Shown here piece by piece: positions 1-10,654 of a DNA stretch of 54,229 bases; the stretch's first letter is position 1, and the number at the start of each line of letters is the position of its first letter. Origin of the DNA: a virus (Duplodnaviria > Caudoviricetes); IMG/VR virus record IMGVR_UViG_3300037485_001431, positions 1-54,229 of that record, one strand, 5' to 3'. Under the pieces are notes generated by a model that worked only from the letters and a program-made list of their open reading frames with translations, did not search any database and had not been told where the DNA came from. Position numbers and translations under genes: made by a program.

Positions 1-1545
1 TTACCATATACCTTTACATTAACAGGACCTGATTATAGTCCAGTAACAACGAGTGGCCCAATAGGAATATTCGGTAGTTTAGCCTATGGTAACTATACTT
101 TAACGGTACAAGACGCTGGATCGCCAACTTGTATCCAAAGTTACCCAATTTACATTGGTTATAGTCAAAATATGTATTTTGATTTAAATCCGGCTAACCC
201 TGTAAACGGTAATGATGGTCAAATAACAACAACAATTTATTCGGGGGTTCCACCATTCACATTAAGTTGGACTGGTAATGTTAATGGTCAAACAGGGTCA
301 ACGGTAACAGGTTTAACAAGTGGAACTTATGGTTTAACAATAACAGATAGTAGTGGTTGTACACTAACTAAGTCTGTAACATTAGTTGGTACAACATTGT
401 ATAGTGATTATATGTACCACACAATATGTGAGGATATGTTTAAACCAAATGGATCTATTGGCGTTAGAAACATTAGATCAATGTATTATGAAGGGTTTAC
501 TGATTTAACAAGTGGTGATACAAATTGTATTGTTAATTCTGCGGTATTCTCAATTTATACTGATGTAGATGGGGAAATTAAAGTAACTCCATTCTATTCT
601 TCATCAGGTTTAACTGATTATCCTAACGATGTTGTTTGGGCTGATACTATTGTAACGGCATTAGAAAGTTATGTTGGAATAACAGATGTGGTTGTTGATT
701 TAGTTTCAAATAGAGTAAGTATAACATCAGGTTGTGAGAAAATTAAAAAAGATTGTATATTACAATCAATCAATCCATTACAAGATACCGTAATTACGGT
801 AAAATTAAATATTGATTATGAAATTTCTTGTGTTGCATGTGGACCAATAGTTCCATCCCAAACGCCAACAACGACACCTACACCAACACCAACGTTTACA
901 CCATATTTTACAAATACACCAACACCTACGGTAACACCAACAATTAGTGTTACCCCGACTAACACGCCAACGCCAACAATAACATCCACTAACACGCCAA
1001 CACCAACAATAACCTCTACTAACACGCCAACACCAACAATAACCTCTACTAACACGCCAACACCAACAAATACTAATACACCGACACCAACTATTACACC
1101 AACAAATACTAATACGCCTACACCAACACCAAGTGGTGCAATGTTAAATAATTATTTTGCAACTAGATGTGGTGCTGGCCCTGAGATTGAAATTATTGAT
1201 GTGAGTTTATTAACAGGGTTTACTGGAAATACTTTCTTAGGTAGTAATGGTCTTTGTATGTTTGCAACAGAAAGCCCAACATTAAGTCCTGCAACAATAA
1301 CACCACTATTACAATTTACAGGTGGATCATCGTGCTTTGATTGTTTATCAGGAGGTTGTGTTAATTGGGAGGTAACGAATAATGGGTCAGGAGAAGTAAT
1401 ATCATTTACACCTTGTTGTGGTGAATTAAGTCCGAGTCCATATGCGGTACCAATTGGGACTACTAATATTTGCTCATCAACACAACCTGTTGTTTTATCC
1501 GGATCCCCAACAATAGTAAATCAAGGTATTTGTCCTGGTTGTTAA
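1..1545 (+). CDS. 5'-truncated putative virion surface protein: SprB-like repeats, Pro/Thr linker, Cys-rich C-terminal domains
   Basis: Frame is open from base 1 (LPYTFTLTGP...YGNYTLTVQDAG) to the listed Met at 172. SprB-like units (GVPPFTLSW...GLTSGTYGLTITDSSGC) and a TPTPT tract. Confidence 0.7.
   Translation, partial: LPYTFTLTGPDYSPVTTSGPIGIFGSLAYGNYTLTVQDAGSPTCIQSYPIYIGYSQNMYFDLNPANPVNGNDGQITTTIYSGVPPFTLSWTGNVNGQTGSTVTGLTSGTYGLTITDSSGCTLTKSVTLVGTTLYSDYMYHTICEDMFKPNGSIGVRNIRSMYYEGFTDLTSGDTNCIVNSAVFSIYTDVDGEIKVTPFYSSSGLTDYPNDVVWADTIVTALESYVGITDVVVDLVSNRVSITSGCEKIKKDCILQSINPLQDTVITVKLNIDYEISCVACGPIVPSQTPTTTPTPTPTFTPYFTNTPTPTVTPTISVTPTNTPTPTITSTNTPTPTITSTNTPTPTITSTNTPTPTNTNTPTPTITPTNTNTPTPTPSGAMLNNYFATRCGAGPEIEIIDVSLLTGFTGNTFLGSNGLCMFATESPTLSPATITPLLQFTGGSSCFDCLSGGCVNWEVTNNGSGEVISFTPCCGELSPSPYAVPIGTTNICSSTQPVVLSGSPTIVNQGICPGC
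958..1127 (+). repeat. Coding tandem 30-nt repeats ([10 protein letters not shown]) with sequence shared with the next gene
   Basis: ACTAACACGCCAACACCAACAATAACCTCT occurs at 988 and 1018 and again at 3044 and 3074. 1060-1127 is identical to 3152-3219. Confidence 0.9.
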
Positions 1546-1562
1546 ATAATAACAGAGTCGGG

Positions 1563-1569
1563 TATTTAT
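1563..1569 (+). promoter_or_regulatory. TATTTAT upstream motif, putative phage late promoter (representative)
   Basis: Plus-strand copies at 1563, 5337, 7423, 13312, 23060, 27301, 32514, 34218, 36200, 40966, 43989, 45253, 50156, 52906. Minus-strand copies at 12311, 31335, 32461, 38995, 42549, 43681, 43927, 49266, 51801. All lie just upstream of starts. Confidence 0.7.
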
Positions 1570-1573
1570 AATT

Positions 1574-3733
1574 ATGAATAATGTTACGATATCCTCTATA
1601 ACCGGTTTAGTACCCCCCTTTAGTGCATATTGTTGTAATGTTTATGGTAATCAATGTGTTTATATTGGAACAATTACCACAACGCCAATAACTTTAACAT
1701 TACCATCACAATTTGATATGGCTCCGGCTGTTGGAATACTATTGATAGATTCAACGGGATGTGAAAGATTTGAAACATTTGTGTGTGATCAACCAACACC
1801 TACGCCAACATCTAGCCCAACCCAAACTCCTACACCAACACCTACGCCAACTATTACACCTACAAATACTAATACTCCAACACCAACAAATACTAATACT
1901 CCAACAGTAACATCAACAAATACACCAACACCTACGGTAACGCAAACACCTACAAGTACAATAACGCCTACGCCAACAAATACTAATACTCCAACCCCAA
2001 CTAACACTGAAACTACAACACCTACTCCTACACCAACAAATACCATAACGCCAACTACTACCGATACACCAACACCTACACCAACTACTACCGATACGCC
2101 AACACCAACGGTTACGGAAACACCTACACCAACACCAACTAACACACCAACACCTACGGTAACGCAAACACCTACAAGTACAATAACGCCTACGCCAACA
2201 AATACTAATACTCCAACAATTACACCAACGCAAACAGTAACACCAACAATAACTCCGACTAACACAACGACACCAACACCGACACCTATATATGAGGTTT
2301 GGAGGGCTTACGCATGTTGTTATGATTCTGGTGCCCAATTCATATCATTACCTGTAGGTTCTGTTGTTTCAGGTAATACCGTTTTAGATATATATGGTAA
2401 TTGTTTTGAGATTGATATAATAAGTTTGGCATTACCAACTATAACATGGAATGGAGGAACAATTTATAGTGACTGTGAGTTTTGTGTGTCATATAACCAA
2501 TGTCTTAGTTATAGTGCTCAATCTTGTTGTGATGTAACAATTTTTGAAGTAATTACATTACCATATGGTACAGGTATTGGACCTGGAAATGCAGTTCTTG
2601 ACACTAATGGAGATTGTTGGACAATATATGAGGATACAAATGATCCTGCAACAATAGGTTGGGACTTTGGAACTATCTATGATGATTGTACTGATTGTTT
2701 AGAACTCAATCCATGTGATGTTAATTGGATAGTTAGAAGTTGTTGTACCTCAATGTTTGAGGTCGCTACATTCCCTGGTGGAGTTGGAGTTGTAAATAAA
2801 ACTTTCACTGATACAAATGGTGTGTGTTATCGTTTCCTTACTGCAACAACTGATCCATCAACAATAGTTTGGGATGGTGGATCACTCTACCCGAATTGCG
2901 GAGCATGTTTAATATCAAACCCATGCCCAAGTCCTACACCAACACCTACCAACACTGTAACACCTACTAATACTAACACCCCATCTATTACACCAACAAA
3001 CACATTAACACCAACAGTCACACCAACTAATACTAACACCCCGACTAACACGCCAACACCAACAATAACCTCTACTAACACGCCAACACCAACAATAACC
3101 TCTACTAACACACCTACGCCAACTATAACACCAACAAATACTAATACACCCACACCAACAAATACTAATACACCGACACCAACTATTACACCAACAAATA
3201 CTAATACGCCTACACCAACTATAACGACGACAAATACGCCAACACCTACAACAGATAATACTATGTGTTTCCAAGTACAAACTGAGTTAACCGTAGCACC
3301 ACCTTATCAGTGTGTCGTATCTCCTTCAGGTATTATTAATGGTAAACCATATTATGGGGTGTACGCGGGTGATTGTGTGACTCCTTGTAATACGGTAGTT
3401 GTTTGGAATAACATATCAAATAGATGGGAAAATATTGATTTTGCAACTTCTACTGTTATTTCATATAATAATAATCCATCTTATTTACCTGAAAGTAACT
3501 TAACTTACCCTTGGAATAATATTGTAGTTGTGGCCATTGTATGTAGGATATTATCATCAACAATAGGGAATTGCCCGACGCCAACTCCCACACCAACGCC
3601 GACAAATACTAATACGCCAACACCAACACCAACAATGACACCAACACCTTCTGCGACAGATACTAACTATTTATTACAAGAAAGTGGCTTTTATCTATTA
3701 CAAGAAGATGGGTCTAAAATAATAATAACATAA
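1574..3733 (+). CDS. Mucin-like Pro/Thr-rich, Cys-rich putative virion/fibre protein
   Basis: Three PT tracts, three tandem ~70-aa Cys-rich domains (xCC...DxxGxC...TIxW...YxxCxxC), C-terminal [22 protein letters not shown] lies 4 nt upstream of the ATG. Confidence 0.7.
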   Translation: MNNVTISSITGLVPPFSAYCCNVYGNQCVYIGTITTTPITLTLPSQFDMAPAVGILLIDSTGCERFETFVCDQPTPTPTSSPTQTPTPTPTPTITPTNTNTPTPTNTNTPTVTSTNTPTPTVTQTPTSTITPTPTNTNTPTPTNTETTTPTPTPTNTITPTTTDTPTPTPTTTDTPTPTVTETPTPTPTNTPTPTVTQTPTSTITPTPTNTNTPTITPTQTVTPTITPTNTTTPTPTPIYEVWRAYACCYDSGAQFISLPVGSVVSGNTVLDIYGNCFEIDIISLALPTITWNGGTIYSDCEFCVSYNQCLSYSAQSCCDVTIFEVITLPYGTGIGPGNAVLDTNGDCWTIYEDTNDPATIGWDFGTIYDDCTDCLELNPCDVNWIVRSCCTSMFEVATFPGGVGVVNKTFTDTNGVCYRFLTATTDPSTIVWDGGSLYPNCGACLISNPCPSPTPTPTNTVTPTNTNTPSITPTNTLTPTVTPTNTNTPTNTPTPTITSTNTPTPTITSTNTPTPTITPTNTNTPTPTNTNTPTPTITPTNTNTPTPTITTTNTPTPTTDNTMCFQVQTELTVAPPYQCVVSPSGIINGKPYYGVYAGDCVTPCNTVVVWNNISNRWENIDFATSTVISYNNNPSYLPESNLTYPWNNIVVVAIVCRILSSTIGNCPTPTPTPTPTNTNTPTPTPTMTPTPSATDTNYLLQESGFYLLQEDGSKIIIT
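1922..2217 (+). repeat. 74-nt exact direct repeat inside PT tract
   Basis: 1922-1995 is identical to 2144-2217. Confidence 0.9.
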
Positions 3734-3745
3734 TAAAAAAATATC

Positions 3746-4315
3746 ATGCCAGATTTACCAATAAGTTCATTACCCGAATTAACCGCAATAACTCAAAATG
3801 CGGAATTTGCTGTCGCACAAGGAGGGACAACATATAAAGTTAAAAATGAAAATATAAGAACAAACGGATATTGGGGTTCATTTGTTTCTTTAGTTAGTCA
3901 ATATGTTGGAAGTACAACTACAGCATATTCTATGAGTGCGGCAACTCAAACTTCCGGAAACGGTATTATTGTTTCTGCCGGCACAAGGTTTATTGTCGCT
4001 AGTGCAGGAACATATAATCTTCAGTTTTCATGTCAAATTGAGTCAACGGGAGGTGGAAGTACCCAAACTATGGATATTTGGTTAGCAATTAACGGTAATA
4101 ATGTAAGTAACTCAAATACTCAAGTCGTTGGGAATTCAAATAACGGTAGGGCTGTCGCGGCATGGAATTTTGTTGAGCCAATGAATGATGGTGATTATTT
4201 TGAATTGAAATTTAGAGTAAGTGATACTAGATTGGGATTTGCCTACGATGTTGCAGCAATAAACCCAACAAGACCCGCAATACCATCGGTAATTGTGACA
4301 GTAACTCAAGTTTAA
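3746..4315 (+). CDS. Putative fibre/decoration protein with C1q/BclA-C-like beta-sandwich
   Basis: N-terminal ISSLP...VAQGGTTYK motif seen in phage fibre proteins. AGTYNLQFSCQI...DIWLAING...GDYFEL pattern. Confidence 0.55.
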   Translation: MPDLPISSLPELTAITQNAEFAVAQGGTTYKVKNENIRTNGYWGSFVSLVSQYVGSTTTAYSMSAATQTSGNGIIVSAGTRFIVASAGTYNLQFSCQIESTGGGSTQTMDIWLAINGNNVSNSNTQVVGNSNNGRAVAAWNFVEPMNDGDYFELKFRVSDTRLGFAYDVAAINPTRPAIPSVIVTVTQV

Positions 4316-4354
4316 TTAGTTCACTTTATTGAAAAACAAATTAAATTTTCCTTT

Positions 4355-5335
4355 ATGAAAGACATTTTATTTGTTTCCGCACAACCTGACGTTCCATATT
4401 TTATTTGGCAAATCAAACTTTATGTAAATAACTTTATTGAGAAAGGAATAGACCCCAATCAAATACATGTTGTTTTAGGTTTAGTTCAAGGTAAAACAGA
4501 ACCATCCAAAGAAGGAAAAGAATTGTCTGACTTAGGTATTAACGTTCATTTCTTTGAAGACGGTAGAAACAGAAAACATTATATACCAAGTATCAAACCA
4601 TTTTTAATATCAAAATGGATCCAATCAAATCCTAATTACGGTAAGTTATTTTTCTTACATGACGCCGATATTATCTTTAGAGAACTACCGAATTTTACTC
4701 GGTTGTTGAATGATGAGGTAAGTTATTTATCTGACACCGTTGGATATATTGGACACAATTACATAATGGATTGTTGTGTTAGATATGAAACAAAACACCC
4801 CAATTCAGATAAAGGTCAATTATTGTCTGAGATGGCCGAAGTAATCGGTATTGATATTGAAACCATAAAAGAAAACCAAGAAAACTCAGGTGGAGGACAA
4901 TACCTCATCAAAAATACAACTTGTGAACTTTGGGATAAGATATACAAAGATTCAAATACGATGTACGATCAAATGATGGACTATCAAAAAAGATTCCCAA
5001 TCAATCCAGGTCAAATACAATTTTGGACGGCAGAAATGTGGTCTCTTTTATGGAACCTATGGATGTATGGATTTGAAACAAAAATAACAAATGAGTTTGA
5101 ATTTTGTTGGGCAACAGACGACATTGATAAGTACAATAAGACACCAATATTACACATGGCAGGAGTCACTCACGAACTAAAAACTACAAAGTTTTTCAAA
5201 GGTGATTATATTAATATAGACCCAATTGAAGAGTTAAGAAAAAACCCAAACGTTTTTGATTACATAGATTCAAATAGTTCAACAATAAAATATATAGAGA
5301 ATATGAAATCATACCTCCAAAAATCAAACATTTGA
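4355..5335 (+). CDS. GT-A fold glycosyltransferase resembling plant SRGT1/HPAT protein O-glycosyltransferases
   Basis: Ordered motifs YFIWQ, YIPSIKP, FFLHDADIIF (DxD), GGQYL, WTAEMW, ILH. Confidence 0.65.
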   Translation: MKDILFVSAQPDVPYFIWQIKLYVNNFIEKGIDPNQIHVVLGLVQGKTEPSKEGKELSDLGINVHFFEDGRNRKHYIPSIKPFLISKWIQSNPNYGKLFFLHDADIIFRELPNFTRLLNDEVSYLSDTVGYIGHNYIMDCCVRYETKHPNSDKGQLLSEMAEVIGIDIETIKENQENSGGGQYLIKNTTCELWDKIYKDSNTMYDQMMDYQKRFPINPGQIQFWTAEMWSLLWNLWMYGFETKITNEFEFCWATDDIDKYNKTPILHMAGVTHELKTTKFFKGDYINIDPIEELRKNPNVFDYIDSNSSTIKYIENMKSYLQKSNI

Positions 5336-5352
5336 TTATTTATCTATTATAG

Positions 5353-7407
5353 ATGGTAGAAAATTGTTACATACTTTATCCCGTAAACGGGAACTCAGAA
5401 CCAATAGTTTCAAACTATAGTGGTTTAACTGCGTATACTTCAGCATTTGCTTATATTGAAACAACAGGGTCAACCAGTTTAAGTGGTTGTTATTATGTGT
5501 TAAATATTGGTGTAATTGATTGTACAACAACTGAAGAGATTACAATTGATTCAGGAATAACTTGTTCTGCAACTTGTTATTGTTATTTTATTAAAACTCA
5601 ATCTGAGAATACTGATGTTACTTATGTTAATTGTAATGACGAGATTGTTGTTGATAGTTTAATATCGGGGTTAACTTACAATATTTGTAGTAAAACTTAC
5701 CCACAATTTGATGCAGTATCAAATATACCATTAAAGGTGAGTGATATTTGTGTGGATAATCAATGTCCACCAACATTACCTACCGTAAAACCTGCGAATG
5801 AGTGTGATGTAATCACATTATTCCCAATGAACATACAATGTTTAGTACAACAACCAACAGATATTTTTTCTTATGATGGAGCAACGACTCTTTTAATTAC
5901 AGGAGGAACACCACCATATACAATATTTTGGGAAGTAGGTAGTTATGCTCCGGCTTTGAGTAATTTGGGTGTTGGTGATTATACCGCAACGGTAATAGAT
6001 TATTATGGTGATTTCACCGCAGTTACGACTTGTGTCTTAACCGCAGAAACAATTGTATATTCGGCAATGTGTTTCACGGTTTCTGGTATTGTTGAGGATA
6101 ATGTTGTTTATATAACATCACAACCACAAGGATATAGAAATGGAAAACCTTATTATGTATTAACTTATGGCGTGACAACTTTGGGTTATATTATATGGCA
6201 ACCACAATATAATTATTGGTCATTCTGTCAATCAATGGAATGTCAGAATGGAACATTCTACTCATATTTAAATGATAACGGATCTTTATACCCAAGTGGA
6301 AATACTTGGACAACATCGGCATCAACACTATATCAAATTACAAATTCATACATTGGTAATTGTAATATCCCAATCATACCTAAAACATACGGACCATTAT
6401 GTGTATTCTTACTTATTAGAAGTAGTAAACCTGGTTATCCGGCTCAACAAACTCAAATTGAAGTATTACCGTCAGCCGACTTAAATGGTCAACCAACTTG
6501 GACATCATCTAATAACCAATATTATATGTATTGGAATACAGGGTCAACACCTAACCAATGGACGTTAACAGGATATACCACAACAACTATTAGTTTAATT
6601 GATAATGATCCATCATCCCCACCATTAAGTAACTGGCAAGTTTTGGGTGTTGGTGATGTATTACAAATGACCGTATTATCGGGAGCATGTTCACTTAATG
6701 AATTGGTTGTGGTAAGCTCAACAAAAAATAACGCTCTTTGTGGTAACGATGGGAGCATCACTATTACTGCGCTTGGTGGAACGCCACCATATCAATATTC
6801 TATTAATGGTGGTACAACATATCAAACAACTCCAATATTCTTAGGTTTAACTGCGGGTTATTATAATATATTTGTCAAAGACTCAAATAATGTTATTGGG
6901 GTTGGATCAGTAGTTAACATTACATCAACACTGACAACATCATATAATTTAACATTAACAGTAAACACAACAAATAACACATTTGTTGTTACATCACCTA
7001 TATTACCTGCTGGAGTTACAATAACATTTGATTTAACAATGACATCAAACTTTTATTATTTCCCACAATCGGTGAGTCCTACCCCAACGTATAATAATAT
7101 AACAACAATTAATGGTGTTGGACCAATGTCATTATATAATACCGCAAGTAGTTTAGTACCATTAACAGGACCTTGTACTTATGGAGGACCAATTAACAGG
7201 GTCCAACAAAACTTACAGTATTTAAACACATTAACAATTGGAAGTAATCAAACAATAACCGGATCTACAACAAATCAAGTTATCAACGCACCTTCAGGAT
7301 ATTGCAAAGGTTCAGCAGGTACTTATCAATTATTTATAACAAATGGGGTAATCAATAATTGTAATTGTTGTACGGTAAACTTAATAAATCCTGTTGCATT
7401 ATTATAA
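5353..7407 (+). CDS. Cys/Thr-rich putative virion protein with SprB-like repeats
   Basis: Two GGTPPY units (GGTPPYTIFW...LGVGDYTATVID; GGTPPYQYSING...LTAGYYNIFVKD). TATTTAT upstream. Confidence 0.65.
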   Translation: MVENCYILYPVNGNSEPIVSNYSGLTAYTSAFAYIETTGSTSLSGCYYVLNIGVIDCTTTEEITIDSGITCSATCYCYFIKTQSENTDVTYVNCNDEIVVDSLISGLTYNICSKTYPQFDAVSNIPLKVSDICVDNQCPPTLPTVKPANECDVITLFPMNIQCLVQQPTDIFSYDGATTLLITGGTPPYTIFWEVGSYAPALSNLGVGDYTATVIDYYGDFTAVTTCVLTAETIVYSAMCFTVSGIVEDNVVYITSQPQGYRNGKPYYVLTYGVTTLGYIIWQPQYNYWSFCQSMECQNGTFYSYLNDNGSLYPSGNTWTTSASTLYQITNSYIGNCNIPIIPKTYGPLCVFLLIRSSKPGYPAQQTQIEVLPSADLNGQPTWTSSNNQYYMYWNTGSTPNQWTLTGYTTTTISLIDNDPSSPPLSNWQVLGVGDVLQMTVLSGACSLNELVVVSSTKNNALCGNDGSITITALGGTPPYQYSINGGTTYQTTPIFLGLTAGYYNIFVKDSNNVIGVGSVVNITSTLTTSYNLTLTVNTTNNTFVVTSPILPAGVTITFDLTMTSNFYYFPQSVSPTPTYNNITTINGVGPMSLYNTASSLVPLTGPCTYGGPINRVQQNLQYLNTLTIGSNQTITGSTTNQVINAPSGYCKGSAGTYQLFITNGVINNCNCCTVNLINPVALL

Positions 7408-7436
7408 AAGCGAATAAAAGAATATTTATCATTTAA

Positions 7437-9938
7437 ATGGCATACATACTTAAAAATACATCGGGTTTAGTAAACACTAGAGTTACTGATACAGGTAGAC
7501 AAAGACTATCTGAGGGTAGATTTAATATCGTATATTTTAGTGTTGGAGATAGTGAAGTTTCGTACAACGAACTACCTAGTACATACAACCAAACTAATAC
7601 GGCCATTTTAGAGCCACAATTTAATTCGCAAAACTCATCAGGAGTTCCTGAATCAAATAGACAATATGTGAAATATCCATATTTGGTAGATGAAGGGCAA
7701 ACAAACATATATGGATTACCATTTATGGATTCTACAATTGAACCTGTTTTTAACAGAGCCGCAATGAGAGGGTTTTTCTCAGGTATTACATCAGCATCTA
7801 CAATAGAATGGAATGCTTTGGTTAGTAATCAATATGTTACAACACCAAATTATGTAGTTAGAATGTCATCGTTAATTGGTACCAACGAAATAACGGTACA
7901 ACAAATTGTTGTTAACCCACAAAATACTAATACACCACAAATTGGTGATTTTATCACAATCTATTATGATGGTAGAGCGGAGACAAACGGAGTATGTTAT
8001 AATATACCTACACCAACTCCTACGGCATCTGTTGGTCAAACACCAACACCGACACCAACACCATCTATAAGTGCTGATATTTGTACGAGTCCTACTCCTA
8101 CTCCATCACCAACACACACACCTTGTTTAACACCAACACCAAGCGCTCAGTGTCCATTACCTCCCCCTGTGGATTGTAATATGGCTGTTCACAGTTGTTT
8201 CTCAATTTTAACATATAGAATTATTTCAGTTTGTAATGACAAACTTACCTTAGATAGAGCAACACCTGATTTTAGTGATTTATCAACGGATTGTTGGGCA
8301 AGAACATTGATTTACCCACCACAAATGGTTCCGTTATACGATAGTTTTACACCGGCACCACATTGGGATAAGAATGTTATTGATTTTGAATCTATTTGTG
8401 ATACGGATCAATTTGACGTTAAAATTTGGAATATGAATATTCCGTGGACCGAAAATCCTGCGGGACTTTATCCAACACAGTATGAAGGGTATGACCAATT
8501 TGGATCAATAAATTATATTGGAACTAAAGAATATCTTGGATATAACTCCTCAAGTGGGCAAACGTCAACAGATGAGGTTTATTACTATAACTCATTTGGT
8601 GAGAAGATTATTGTAACACCTGAGGAACAAAAGGCAATTTCAATTATACACTACACTAACCAAACAATTGATTTCTTCTACGGTGAGAAATTTGCGTTAG
8701 AACCATTTGATGCCGCCAACCCTGATAATACTGAAGGACAGGCAAGAAACTTCAAATTACATATACCTACTTTAATGTGGCATAAAAATCCTGAATGTTG
8801 TTATGGACAAACATTTTGGGTAGACCCTCCGGGGTTTGATGGTAAAGACCTTTTCCAAGTACAATATACTAAATCAAAAATCAATCAGGACATGAACCAA
8901 CCTGGTATGAGATATTACAACTTATGGGATACTTTCGCACAACCTAACGGACTTCCAAGTAGAGTTGGTAAAGTATATCCTGATACACAAATGGTAGTTA
9001 TTGATGATGAGGAAATAGTTGCAGCACTTTCATATAAAGCAAATAGAAACTGGACTTTACCGGCACCACAAGTTTCATTATTAACACCAAATACAGGTGG
9101 GGTATCAAACTCAACGGGTATTTTAACGGGTGTTGGTGAAACTCTTTGGGTAACATATAGATTATCAAATACAACAACATTCACAAATTCACTTCATAGT
9201 AACTACTATTCATACGTTGCAGGAAACGATAGAGTGTGTGGACCTGATAGTCCTAAGAATGTTGCAGTTAGATTCGGTGGTGATTTCCCTTGTTTAGTAC
9301 AACCTGGTTATTCGCCAACCACAACTACAACAACTTATAACCCAACAACGTCAACAACAACGACCACAACGGTACCATATACAACCACAACAACGACTTC
9401 TTGTCCTGTTTGTACGGTTCCTGCTGGATTCTACGCAACTGAGTTCCAAGTGTTAGCACAGAAGGTTATAACAGGTCAAAGGCCTGATCCAACTCAATGG
9501 AAACTTATTGACTTTACAAGTCAGGCAAGTCAGTATTCTATAAATGGATATTTAACACAAGAATCTTTAACGGCAACAACATTTATTGTAACAGCCGAAA
9601 ATTATGCGTCCGCACCTTACTATAACTTAAATGATTACATTGATTTAGTTCCGATTAACCAAACAGGTGAAGTGTTGAACTTTGGTGATGAGTATTATTT
9701 CTACGGAAGTTTGGAAACTGATATTCAGGCAACAATCTACGAAATGAAATATAAGATCAATTTAAGTGAGGCTGAGTTTTTGATTTCACAAAACCCAACT
9801 TGGACAAAAGGGACAAAATCTTATATTAGTGAGATTGCCTTAATGGATGAAAATAAAGATATTCTTGTGATTTCTAAACTACAATCACCGGTATTAAGAC
9901 AAGGTATTCAACAGTATGTTGTTAAGTTAGATTTCTAA
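7437..9938 (+). CDS. Putative baseplate/tail-collar-like structural protein with PT and poly-Thr insertions
   Basis: N-terminal VTDTGRQRL...YFSVGDSE and C-terminal ISEIALMDENKDILVISKL resemble the two halves of DUF3751-type tail-collar proteins. Confidence 0.5.
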   Translation: MAYILKNTSGLVNTRVTDTGRQRLSEGRFNIVYFSVGDSEVSYNELPSTYNQTNTAILEPQFNSQNSSGVPESNRQYVKYPYLVDEGQTNIYGLPFMDSTIEPVFNRAAMRGFFSGITSASTIEWNALVSNQYVTTPNYVVRMSSLIGTNEITVQQIVVNPQNTNTPQIGDFITIYYDGRAETNGVCYNIPTPTPTASVGQTPTPTPTPSISADICTSPTPTPSPTHTPCLTPTPSAQCPLPPPVDCNMAVHSCFSILTYRIISVCNDKLTLDRATPDFSDLSTDCWARTLIYPPQMVPLYDSFTPAPHWDKNVIDFESICDTDQFDVKIWNMNIPWTENPAGLYPTQYEGYDQFGSINYIGTKEYLGYNSSSGQTSTDEVYYYNSFGEKIIVTPEEQKAISIIHYTNQTIDFFYGEKFALEPFDAANPDNTEGQARNFKLHIPTLMWHKNPECCYGQTFWVDPPGFDGKDLFQVQYTKSKINQDMNQPGMRYYNLWDTFAQPNGLPSRVGKVYPDTQMVVIDDEEIVAALSYKANRNWTLPAPQVSLLTPNTGGVSNSTGILTGVGETLWVTYRLSNTTTFTNSLHSNYYSYVAGNDRVCGPDSPKNVAVRFGGDFPCLVQPGYSPTTTTTTYNPTTSTTTTTTVPYTTTTTTSCPVCTVPAGFYATEFQVLAQKVITGQRPDPTQWKLIDFTSQASQYSINGYLTQESLTATTFIVTAENYASAPYYNLNDYIDLVPINQTGEVLNFGDEYYFYGSLETDIQATIYEMKYKINLSEAEFLISQNPTWTKGTKSYISEIALMDENKDILVISKLQSPVLRQGIQQYVVKLDF

Positions 9939-9991
9939 AAAACTACAACTTTTATATTTTCTTGTTATTATAATTAAAAGACATTTTTTCT

Positions 9992-10597
9992 ATGGCAAAA
10001 AATTTGAAGAACTCACCCAAAGTATTGGGTTTAGATGTATCAACAAGAACAATTGGTTGGGCTTTATTTGATATAAAAACGCAAGAATTATTAGAACTTA
10101 CACACGTTTCACCACGACCAAAAGTAGATAAAGATGAGGACAAATTAAAAGAATTGATTTTAAAGTCAGAAATATTTGCTGAAAAGTTAAAAGAATATAA
10201 AGACTTAGGAATTGTCAGAGTTGTAATTGAAGAACCACTAATGAACTCAAATAATGTCTACACCATCCAAACATTATTAAGATTTAATAGTTTTGTATTT
10301 AAAGAGATATATAATATCTTAGGAATTGTACCTGAATTCATTTCAACTTACAACTCAAGAAAATTTGCTTTTCCTGATTTAGTAAAAGAGAATGATAAAA
10401 AGAAATTTGTGTTGTTTGGTGGTTTACCAAAAGATGCGGATAAGAAAATGATTATTTGGGAGAAAGTTGCGAAAAGAGAACCACAAATCAAATGGTTATA
10501 TACTAAAAATAATACCCTTAAAAAAGAGAACTTTGACCAAACAGATGCTTACGCTTGTGTATTAGGTTTTATGAGATTAAAAGAAATTTGGGAATAA
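9992..10597 (+). CDS. ruvC: RuvC-like Holliday junction resolvase
   Basis: LGLDVST..IGWA, VVIEEP and DQTDA acidic motifs of the RNase H fold. Confidence 0.75.
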   Translation: MAKNLKNSPKVLGLDVSTRTIGWALFDIKTQELLELTHVSPRPKVDKDEDKLKELILKSEIFAEKLKEYKDLGIVRVVIEEPLMNSNNVYTIQTLLRFNSFVFKEIYNILGIVPEFISTYNSRKFAFPDLVKENDKKKFVLFGGLPKDADKKMIIWEKVAKREPQIKWLYTKNNTLKKENFDQTDAYACVLGFMRLKEIWE

Positions 10598-10654
10598 TAT
10601 CGTCTAAAATACCGATAATTAGAAATATCGTCTTTTTAGACGATATTTTTTTTT
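10596..10654. terminator. Bidirectional terminator between convergent genes
   Basis: AAATATCGTCT-TTTT-AGACGATATTT hairpin plus T-run, with an extra AATATCGTCT copy at 10596. Confidence 0.7.

Noticed and set aside
958-1050. 30-nt repeats as a CRISPR array
   Set aside because: Contiguous in-frame coding repeats with no spacers, and no cas genes.
1563-1570. TATTTATA as a T4 late promoter (TATAAATA)
   Set aside because: It is the reverse complement relative to gene direction on both strands, so it is not the T4 element in functional orientation.
816-3280. Val/Gly-rich and Cys/Trp-rich ORFs antisense to PT tracts (also at 10816-11858)
   Set aside because: Shadow frames of ACN/CCN repeat codons on the opposite strand of real genes.
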